A stretch of DNA of 24,000 bases from Candidatus Woesearchaeota archaeon (lineage in GTDB: Archaea > Nanobdellota > Nanobdellia > Woesearchaeales > UBA11576): the NCBI GenBank assembly GCA_018675335.1, contig JABGYH010000008.1, forward strand, positions 38,605 through 62,604. Reading direction: 5' to 3'. This document shows positions 13,784 to 21,376 of the stretch, in pieces. A program made the position numbers and the translations under genes. The notes beneath the pieces are model-generated. The model had not been told where the DNA came from. It did no database searches and was given only the letters and a program-made list of their open reading frames with translations. Positions within the stretch are counted from its first letter, which is position 1. Each line of letters starts with the position of its first letter.

Positions 13784-15376
13784 ATGAGTTATGAAGTTAA
13801 GGTTGAAACAAAAACAAAAAGTGATGTAGTCAACATAGCACTCGAAGCCATCAAAAAAGGAAAACAAGTCATCGTATTTGCAGGAACAAAAAAAAGTGCA
13901 GAAAAAACATCAGAAGATATTTCTAAAAAAATTAAATTAAACTTTTCAGAAAATGAATTCTTTCAAATTTTAAGTGAAAAAGCATTAAACGTTTTAGGAA
14001 AACCAACAAAACAATGTGAACGACTTGCCAAATGCATAAAAAAAGGAAGTGCATTTCATCATGCAGGACTTACTGGCGCACAAAGAGAACTCATTGAAGA
14101 TAATTTTCGAGCCGGAAAAATAAAAGTCATTTGTAGCACTCCAACTCTTGCTTATGGACTTGATCTTCCCGCATATAGAGTAATCATAAAAGACTTAAAA
14201 CGCTATAGCGATATCGGTTTTGGAGGAATGAATTGGATACCCGTTCTTGAGTATTTACAAATGGCAGGCAGAGCGGGAAGACCCAAATTTGAAAAAACAG
14301 GAGAAGCAGTAATAATTGCAAATGATGAAAAAAGCAAAGAAGAAATTTATGAAAAATATGTTTTAGGCGAACCAGAAGAAATAATTTCAAAACTTGCAGT
14401 CGAACCAGTTTTAAGAACCTACGTGCTATCACTAATTTCAACCGGATTTGTAAATAACAAAAAAGAATTATTAGAATTTTTTTCAAAAACATTTTGGGCA
14501 CACCAATATGAAGATATGCAAAAACTAGAAGAAATAATGGATCGGATCATCCAACTATTAGACGATTATGAATTCATACAAACTGACGAAAAAGATGATT
14601 TTGTAAGTGCAGATTCAATAAAAACTGATGAAAAACTACGCGCAACCCTTCTTGGAAAACGAGTTGCACAATTATACGTTGACCCACTAACTGCCAATCA
14701 CATAATAACTTGTTTGAAAAGCGGCGTTGAGAAAAAAAGAGTAACAAGTTTTGGATTATTACAAACAATTAGTCACACAATAGAGATGAGACCTTTACTC
14801 CGAATTAAAACACGCGAGTATGAAGAAATACAAGAAAAATATGTGAAATATGAATCAGAAATTTTAGAAAGAGAACCTGACTATTTTGACTCTGATTATG
14901 ATGATTATTTGAACTCAGTAAAAACGGCATTATTTTTTAATGATTGGATTGCGGAAAAAGATGAAGAATTTTTATTAGAAGAATACAATATGCGCCCAGG
15001 GGAAACTCGAATGAAACTTGGTCGTGCAGATTGGTTACTATATTGTTCTGAAGAGATAGCAAAACTACTAAGTTTTCAATCAATACTAAGTGAGATACAA
15101 AAACTAAGATTTAGAATAAAATATGGAGTGCAAGAAGAACTACTAGCACTATTACAACTAAAAAATGTTGGACGTGTGAGAGCAAGAATTTTACACAAAA
15201 ATGGAATAAAAGATCTAGGTGGAGTAAAACGAATTGATATTGGCGCGCTTGCCCAATTACTTGGACGAAAAATTGCAATAGACATAAAACAACAAGTAGG
15301 AGAAGATGTTGATAAATTAGCAGTTCCTGAAAGAAAAAGAAAAGGACAAATTAGCTTAAATGATTTTTGTAAGTAA
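13784..15376 (+). CDS. hel308: Hel308/Ski2-like helicase, C-terminal half only (RecA2, winged helix, ratchet and HhH domains)
   Basis: Motif IV region KGKQVIVFAGTKKSAEK, then FHHAGLTGAQRELIEDNFRAGKIKVICSTPTLAYGLDLPA (motif V) and QMAGRAGRP (motif VI). Ratchet-type helices follow, and the protein ends in an HhH domain (LKNVGRVRARILHKNGIKDL). No Walker A or DExH motif is present in this ORF or upstream of it. Confidence 0.85.
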   Translation: MSYEVKVETKTKSDVVNIALEAIKKGKQVIVFAGTKKSAEKTSEDISKKIKLNFSENEFFQILSEKALNVLGKPTKQCERLAKCIKKGSAFHHAGLTGAQRELIEDNFRAGKIKVICSTPTLAYGLDLPAYRVIIKDLKRYSDIGFGGMNWIPVLEYLQMAGRAGRPKFEKTGEAVIIANDEKSKEEIYEKYVLGEPEEIISKLAVEPVLRTYVLSLISTGFVNNKKELLEFFSKTFWAHQYEDMQKLEEIMDRIIQLLDDYEFIQTDEKDDFVSADSIKTDEKLRATLLGKRVAQLYVDPLTANHIITCLKSGVEKKRVTSFGLLQTISHTIEMRPLLRIKTREYEEIQEKYVKYESEILEREPDYFDSDYDDYLNSVKTALFFNDWIAEKDEEFLLEEYNMRPGETRMKLGRADWLLYCSEEIAKLLSFQSILSEIQKLRFRIKYGVQEELLALLQLKNVGRVRARILHKNGIKDLGGVKRIDIGALAQLLGRKIAIDIKQQVGEDVDKLAVPERKRKGQISLNDFCK

Positions 15377-15798
15377 TATTTTAAATTTGCAAATCATATT
15401 TAAATAAAGTTATTACCAATTTTAAACGAATTTCTCATTAACTTAAAAATAGATTTATTCGTCCCAAAGAGTGAATTACAAAAGTATTTATAGAAAAGTA
15501 AAATAAGTTTTAATGTTCTTTAATTTTAACCTTAAGTGTAAAAAGGTAAAGAAAAAATATTTTAAAAGAGATAAAATGAGGGTGTTCAATTTGAAAAATA
15601 GAGGTAAATATGCGAGGATTCTTAACTCCAATACATCAATTACCCCCCTCCCCCTAAAGGTGGAGCAAGCATTGATAACAAAGTTAACTCAATTCTTTAT
15701 TCTTGTTTGCGTTTTAATTGCGCACAAAACACTCTTACTTGGCTTAACAAATAATTTAGCCAATTTAAATCTTAAAAAATGTATTAAACTAAATATAG

Positions 15799-17586
15799 GT
15801 GAGTAGATTGAAATCCGAAGATTTAACATTTCATTCATTAAAAGCAATTAGTCCAATTGATGGACGCCACAGAGTATTAACTGCAAAACTTTCAGAATGG
15901 TTTTCAGAATATGCCTACCACAAATACAGAATCTATTTGGAAGTTGAATACTTAATTGCACTTTCTGAAAATAAAGAATTTGAATCAGTACGAGAATTAA
16001 CTGCAACAGAAAAAGATTTTTTAAGAAAAATAGTTGAAGAATTTTCGCTCGAAGATGCACAAATCATACAAAATATTGATATGTTCGGATACAATGGACT
16101 TGGACCAACCAATCACGATTTTAAAGCATGCGAATATTTTCTAAAAATGCAAATGGAAAAATCAAGTTTGAAAGACTTACTTGAAATGGTACATTTTGGA
16201 CTTACTACTGAAGATGCAAACAATGTAGCATACAGTTGTAAAATAAGAGGTGCTCTCAAAAATCATTATGTTCCTGCAATGGTAGAACTACTAAACATGT
16301 TAGAAGAATTATGCACTGCTGAAAAAAATACCCCCATGCTTTCAAAAACTCACGGCCAACCTGCAACTCCAACAACATTTGGAAAAGAAATGGCAAACTA
16401 TTTAGAAAGACTAAGAAAAGAATTAGAATTTTTAATTGGAATGAAATTACCTGCAAAAGTAAATGGCGCAGTTGGAAATCATGCAGCACAACAATTTAGC
16501 GCACCAGAAGTAAACTGGCTTGAATTCACACAAAAATTTATTTCAGACCTAGGTTTTGAACCAAACTTATTCACAACACAAATTGAACACCACGACGGAT
16601 ACACCCGATTATTTAGTTGTTTGATAAGTATCAACAACATACTAAGAGACTTAGCAACCAATCTTTGGCTATACACATCTGACGGATACATTATTCAGAA
16701 AAAAATAGCACATGAAGTTGGTTCGTCAACAATGCCTCACAAAATAAATCCTTGGAGAGTAGAAGTTGCTGAAGGACAAACCGTAGAAGCTAACTATAAA
16801 CTAATGGGATTCATACAAAAACTACAAGTTTCAAGATATCAAAGAGATTTATCAGATCATGAAGCAGAAAGAGCAATAGGAGTTGGAATCACACACTCAT
16901 ACTTAGCAGTAGTTCACATTGTTCAAGAGCTTGGAAGATTCACCGTTAATAAACAAAAAATGCTCGACAACTTAACTTCAATGGGAAGTGTGTTAACAGA
17001 AGCCATACAAACCCTACTTAGAAAAGAAGGATACGAAAAACCATATGAACTTATGAAAGATTTTTCTCGAGGAAAACATTTCACCGTAGCTGAATTACAC
17101 CAATTTATTGATGCGATGCAAATAATGGATGCAACAAAAACTAAATTAAAAAGTTTACGTCCTGAAGAATATGTTGGACTTAGTTCAAGACTAACAGAAC
17201 TTGCAATAAGAAAATGGCAAAAATTCAAAGACGATAATGAATTAACCAAACCACAAATTGAAGGAGTTGTAATTAATTGCACCATCATGAATTCCAGTTT
17301 AGTTGAAGAAATAAAATACGTTGTTCCCGAACTTATGAAAAAAGGAATGGGAGTTTTTGGAATATGTTCAGATACCGAACTTGAATCAACATTCGAAAAA
17401 GTGTTAGTAAATCCTGCTGACGAAATTAGCAGAAACATGATTTATGTAGGAGTTTACGATCAGACATTCAAACAGTTGCAACAAAAAGGAGTTACTTGCG
17501 TTAACTTAGAACAATTAAGTACATACAAAGCAGAATACAACATATATAGATTAAAAGAAATAATTGATTTGATTAAATTATTTTAA
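15799..17586 (+). CDS. purB: adenylosuccinate lyase (E. coli-type PurB) with a ~120-aa C-terminal extension
   Basis: SLKAISPIDGRH matches the N-terminus of E. coli-type PurB, and GSSTMPHKINPW is the fumarate-lyase superfamily signature in its PurB form. The canonical length ends near residue 472, yet the ORF has 595 codons. The start is GTG 15799 or TTG 15808, the latter 5 nt after GGTGA. Confidence 0.9.
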   Translation: MSRLKSEDLTFHSLKAISPIDGRHRVLTAKLSEWFSEYAYHKYRIYLEVEYLIALSENKEFESVRELTATEKDFLRKIVEEFSLEDAQIIQNIDMFGYNGLGPTNHDFKACEYFLKMQMEKSSLKDLLEMVHFGLTTEDANNVAYSCKIRGALKNHYVPAMVELLNMLEELCTAEKNTPMLSKTHGQPATPTTFGKEMANYLERLRKELEFLIGMKLPAKVNGAVGNHAAQQFSAPEVNWLEFTQKFISDLGFEPNLFTTQIEHHDGYTRLFSCLISINNILRDLATNLWLYTSDGYIIQKKIAHEVGSSTMPHKINPWRVEVAEGQTVEANYKLMGFIQKLQVSRYQRDLSDHEAERAIGVGITHSYLAVVHIVQELGRFTVNKQKMLDNLTSMGSVLTEAIQTLLRKEGYEKPYELMKDFSRGKHFTVAELHQFIDAMQIMDATKTKLKSLRPEEYVGLSSRLTELAIRKWQKFKDDNELTKPQIEGVVINCTIMNSSLVEEIKYVVPELMKKGMGVFGICSDTELESTFEKVLVNPADEISRNMIYVGVYDQTFKQLQQKGVTCVNLEQLSTYKAEYNIYRLKEIIDLIKLF

Positions 17587-17686
17587 TTCAAATTTTTTTA
17601 ATCTAAAATATATTCAAATTTTTTTAAATTTAAACATTGCCAAAATGGATAAAAAAACAAAAATAAACTAAGGGAAGGGATGTGAA

Positions 17687-19972
17687 ATGAGTCAGAAAAA
17701 TGTTGCCATCTTAGGTGGCCAATGGGGAGATGAAGGAAAAGGAAAAATTGTCGACTATGCAGCAGAGCACTTTCAAGTTGTTGCAAGAGCTACCGGCGGA
17801 AACAATGCAGGACACACAATTTATCTTAATGGACACAAACATATTTTCCACTTATTACCTTCATCAATAACATGGGATCATGCAGTAAGCATTCTTGGAA
17901 ATGGAATGGTAATTGATCCATTTGTATTACTAAAAGAAATTAAAGTATTACAAGACAAAGGATATGTTATCAAAAACTTAAACATCGCAGGAAATGCACA
18001 CGTGATAATGTTATATCACAAATTGCAAGACGGATATCAAGAAAGAAGTAAAAAAGGAAATTCCAAAATTGGAACAACCAAAAGAGGAATTGGGCCAACT
18101 TATGCAGATAAAAAACACAGAACAGGCGTACGAATTAATGATTTACTTGATAAAAAAATACTTGCAAATAAAATTATGAGTCACGTACTTGAAAAATTTG
18201 CATTATTCAAACACATCTACGAAGAAGATCATGATGATGCAGTAGCAGAATTAATTTCCGCATTACCAGAAGAAGAAATGTTTAGCGAATACAAAGAAGT
18301 TGTAATGGCTGAAAAAGGAAAACTAAATCCAATTAAAATCGCAGAAGTATTAACTGAAATATACTGGGACATTGGAAAAAAATTAAAACAATATGTTACT
18401 GATGCGAGAGTATTGCTCAAAACATCAATATTAGAAAATAAAAATGTATTGCTTGAAGGTGCACAAGGAATATTACTTGACATAGATCATGGAACCTACC
18501 CTTACGTAACATCTTCAAATCCATCAGTTGGCGGACTTAAAACTGGACTTGGAGTTTCAAGAATCGACCAAGTTTATAGTTTAATCAAAGCATACACTAC
18601 AAGAGTTGGAGGTGGACCATTTCCAACAGAACTTGAAGATGAAACTGGCAAATACTTACGTGATAAAGGAGGAGAATATGGTTCAACAACTGGAAGACCT
18701 CGACGATGTGGATGGCACGACGCAATACTTATGAGACACACCGCACACATTAATGGAGGCCGCGCAGTAATTACAAAACTTGATGTATTAACTGGACTAT
18801 CCAAATTAAAAATTTGTAATGCATACAAATACACAGGACCTCAAAGAATATATAATGGTGAAATGTTATTTTCAGGAAAACTAATTAGAGATTTTCCAAC
18901 AGATGCAAGCGTTCTTGAACATTGTATGCCTGAAGAATTTGTTGAAATGAATGGGTGGAGTGAAGACATAACACACATTAGAAACTACGAAGAATTACCA
19001 TTAAACGCAAAAAAGTATTTGGAAATGATGGAAATTACTGGAGAGATGGAAATTGCACTTGTTAGCGTCGGACCAGAAAGAGATCAAGTAATACCTATGA
19101 AAGATCGATGGTTACATAATATTGACAAACAAGCTAATACAAAACCGCAATCAACACAAGAACCAAAAACAGAAGTAAACCACGAACCAAAAATAAATAA
19201 TTCACAACCCGAAGTTACTCACGCAACACAAACTCAAAGTGAAACTGTTTTGCCAACAAACACAACTAACACCGAAACAAAAACTGACAACAAAAATAAC
19301 CAATACAAAGCAATAATTTATGACTTTGACAACACACTTGTTGCAACAGATGACTTCGTATGTGATCTAATGCGAAAAACTGCACAAATGATGAGTTTAT
19401 ACATGAACTTTAGAGTACCGCCTGTTGAAAGAATACAAGAAATACAAAGAAAAAATTTAGGCTTTGAAGACATGTTTGATGAATTATTTCCAAATCCGGA
19501 CGGTTATCAAGGAAGTGAACCACTAGCTAAAGTTGTGCTTGCAAAATATCGCGAACAAGCAAAACAAATGCACTACTTACCAACACCAAATGGAATTGAG
19601 TTTGTAAAAAAAATGAAACAAAATGGCCTTGTGCAAGGAATAGTAACAAACAGAGTTAAAATGATTTCAGAAAGACTAAATCAAGCAGGATATCCTCAAC
19701 TTGAATTCGCAATTGCACCCGAAACAAAAGAACATCGCAAACCAAATCCACTAGCATTCAAAGGTGCACTTGAACAACTAGAACAAAAAGGAATTAAAAA
19801 AGAAGAAATTCTAGTTTTAGGAGATCATACCCATGATTATTTAGCAGCAAGAGATGCAGGGCTAGAATTCATAGGAGTTTTAACAGGACTTACAGGAATG
19901 AAAGATTTTGAAAACGCTGGACTTCCAAGAAGTAGAATTGTTGAACATTTCGGACAAATTGGGATAAACTGA
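17687..19972 (+). CDS. purA: adenylosuccinate synthetase fused to a C-terminal HAD-superfamily phosphatase domain
   Basis: The PurA part has GGQWGDEGKGK, GGNNAGHT, TTKRGIGPTYADK, GAQGILLDIDHGTYPYVTSS and GSTTGRPRRCGW. A low-complexity linker spans about nt 19118-19309. The HAD part has motif I DFDNT (19322-19336), motif II GIVTN, motif III K in HRKPNP, and motif IV GDHTHD. Confidence 0.92.
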   Translation: MSQKNVAILGGQWGDEGKGKIVDYAAEHFQVVARATGGNNAGHTIYLNGHKHIFHLLPSSITWDHAVSILGNGMVIDPFVLLKEIKVLQDKGYVIKNLNIAGNAHVIMLYHKLQDGYQERSKKGNSKIGTTKRGIGPTYADKKHRTGVRINDLLDKKILANKIMSHVLEKFALFKHIYEEDHDDAVAELISALPEEEMFSEYKEVVMAEKGKLNPIKIAEVLTEIYWDIGKKLKQYVTDARVLLKTSILENKNVLLEGAQGILLDIDHGTYPYVTSSNPSVGGLKTGLGVSRIDQVYSLIKAYTTRVGGGPFPTELEDETGKYLRDKGGEYGSTTGRPRRCGWHDAILMRHTAHINGGRAVITKLDVLTGLSKLKICNAYKYTGPQRIYNGEMLFSGKLIRDFPTDASVLEHCMPEEFVEMNGWSEDITHIRNYEELPLNAKKYLEMMEITGEMEIALVSVGPERDQVIPMKDRWLHNIDKQANTKPQSTQEPKTEVNHEPKINNSQPEVTHATQTQSETVLPTNTTNTETKTDNKNNQYKAIIYDFDNTLVATDDFVCDLMRKTAQMMSLYMNFRVPPVERIQEIQRKNLGFEDMFDELFPNPDGYQGSEPLAKVVLAKYREQAKQMHYLPTPNGIEFVKKMKQNGLVQGIVTNRVKMISERLNQAGYPQLEFAIAPETKEHRKPNPLAFKGALEQLEQKGIKKEEILVLGDHTHDYLAARDAGLEFIGVLTGLTGMKDFENAGLPRSRIVEHFGQIGIN

Positions 19973-19993
19973 TTTTTTTATTTTTTTTATTTA
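19973..19993 (+). terminator. oligo-T tracts (T7-A-T8-A-T3) immediately after the purA stop
   Basis: Read directly from the sequence. Archaeal termination typically occurs at oligo-T runs. Confidence 0.45.
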
Positions 19994-20192
19994 AAAAGAT
20001 ATATTGTAGGGAATAGTAATAAATTTAAACCTACGAAAAATTATTTATTATACTTTTTATACAATTTTAAAAAAAATCTAATTTCTGGCGTGGAAAACTT
20101 ATACCTAGATATTAAACTAATAATATCATAATAGTACAAGTTATATTAACATATATAATTTAAAACCAATAAATACATGAGGATTGAAAAAT

Positions 20193-21251
20193 ATGAACGA
20201 GTTAGCACAATTTAAAAACGCATCAACATTTTCACACATAGGCAGAAATGCAGCAGGAATCCAATTTTTAATTCAATCCCTAAATAAGGCTCCCAACCAC
20301 ACATTAGAAGTTGGAAGTGGCTGCATAGAACCAGTTTACGTTTCACATTTATTACCTGAACAATCAGACTTATACTCAGTAGATGTTAATGGACAAATAA
20401 TTTCTGCACTAGCACATTTAAGTTCTGGAGAACGAGTAAATCTTGCTAGCTTAGAAAAACTTGTTTGTAATAAACAAGCAGATGGCACGCCTAGACCAAA
20501 CAGTGATTTAACTGATCCCAAAATTATTGAAATTGGACTACGAGAATTAGAATTTGCAGGCCTAGATCCTTCCAGGTTTTTTCAAAATAATGAATATTTG
20601 TTGCCACCAGGAGGTGCAAGAATTATCCCTGTTTGTTCTGACCTTGAAACTTATGCAAAACAAACCCCCCAATTATTTGACTTAGTTTATGCAGGAGTCG
20701 TACTACTAAATATTGCTAAAACAGTGGATTCTCGAGACCAATTAGTTGAACTCGTTGCAAGTTTAATTTCCGCAGTGAAAGAAGGAGGAGTTTTAGGAAT
20801 TGGAACAACCCCCGCCGCACTTTACGGCGAAAAATCAACTCCAGGACTTTTAGAATCTGCAGGAGGAACAATTACTGATATTTACATAGATAGTTTAGTT
20901 CGTGCAAAAATTGGCTCAGGTTACAAAGTATTTGGAGGCCACATGATTCGAACAGTTCCTTGCGATCAACCAGGATTATCAAGAGTTGATGAAACTGAAA
21001 TTGATGAAAGACTTTCAAGAAGTCCAGTTTTTCAAGGAGTGGGAATTATAAAGGAAGTTTATTCAAATGATGTTTTAAATGGATATTTAGAAACTCAAAG
21101 CAAATCAAGAACACACATGTTACTTGCAACAATGAGAACTGTCAGAGGATATGTTGTTTGGAGTGCAAAAAAAGACTCATTTGTTGAACAGATCCCATTA
21201 CAACGAACACAAATAGGAATAATTCCCGGACTCGAATACAAGGCAAAATAA
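20193..21251 (+). CDS. class I SAM-dependent methyltransferase-like protein with an inserted segment and a C-terminal domain of unknown function
   Basis: Motif I-like LEVGSGCIEP, an acidic end of beta-2 (LYSVDVN), FDLVYAGVVLLNI, and EGGVLGIG. GAGGA lies 9 nt before ATG 20193, whereas the track starts at TTG 20184. The fold assignment rests on motif pattern only. Confidence 0.55.
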   Translation: MNELAQFKNASTFSHIGRNAAGIQFLIQSLNKAPNHTLEVGSGCIEPVYVSHLLPEQSDLYSVDVNGQIISALAHLSSGERVNLASLEKLVCNKQADGTPRPNSDLTDPKIIEIGLRELEFAGLDPSRFFQNNEYLLPPGGARIIPVCSDLETYAKQTPQLFDLVYAGVVLLNIAKTVDSRDQLVELVASLISAVKEGGVLGIGTTPAALYGEKSTPGLLESAGGTITDIYIDSLVRAKIGSGYKVFGGHMIRTVPCDQPGLSRVDETEIDERLSRSPVFQGVGIIKEVYSNDVLNGYLETQSKSRTHMLLATMRTVRGYVVWSAKKDSFVEQIPLQRTQIGIIPGLEYKAK

Positions 21252-21376
21252 AAACTATTTAAACTAAAATAAATAAAGCTAATAAACACATATTTGCAAA
21301 TAGGAAGTTTAATTAAGCTGAAAACAAAAAAAATAATGATTAAATTAATCAAATTACATTACTTGAGGGAAAAAAA

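Noticed and set aside
15513-15806. 97-aa plus-strand ORF filling the long spacer upstream of purB
   Set aside because: It is Lys/Asn/Leu-rich with no SD or TATA at a sensible distance, and it runs into the purB start. It is more likely a chance ORF in AT-rich non-coding DNA. The region is kept as a finding for possible RNA function instead.
16923-17438. 171-aa minus-strand ORF inside purB
   Set aside because: It is antisense to the purB core and extension. The composition is serine/phenylalanine-rich and low in complexity, so it is a shadow ORF.
15385-21302. Shared palindrome core ATTTGCAAAT just downstream of two plus-strand genes (15385-15394 after the helicase fragment; TATTTGCAAATA at 21291-21302 after the MTase-like gene)
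   Set aside because: TTTGCAAA-type strings also occur several times inside coding regions (for example CTTTTGCAAAAG at about 2063-2074, and near 8212). In an AT-rich genome two copies of an AT-rich 10-mer are not clearly beyond chance. They do not form a stable hairpin followed by oligo-T.
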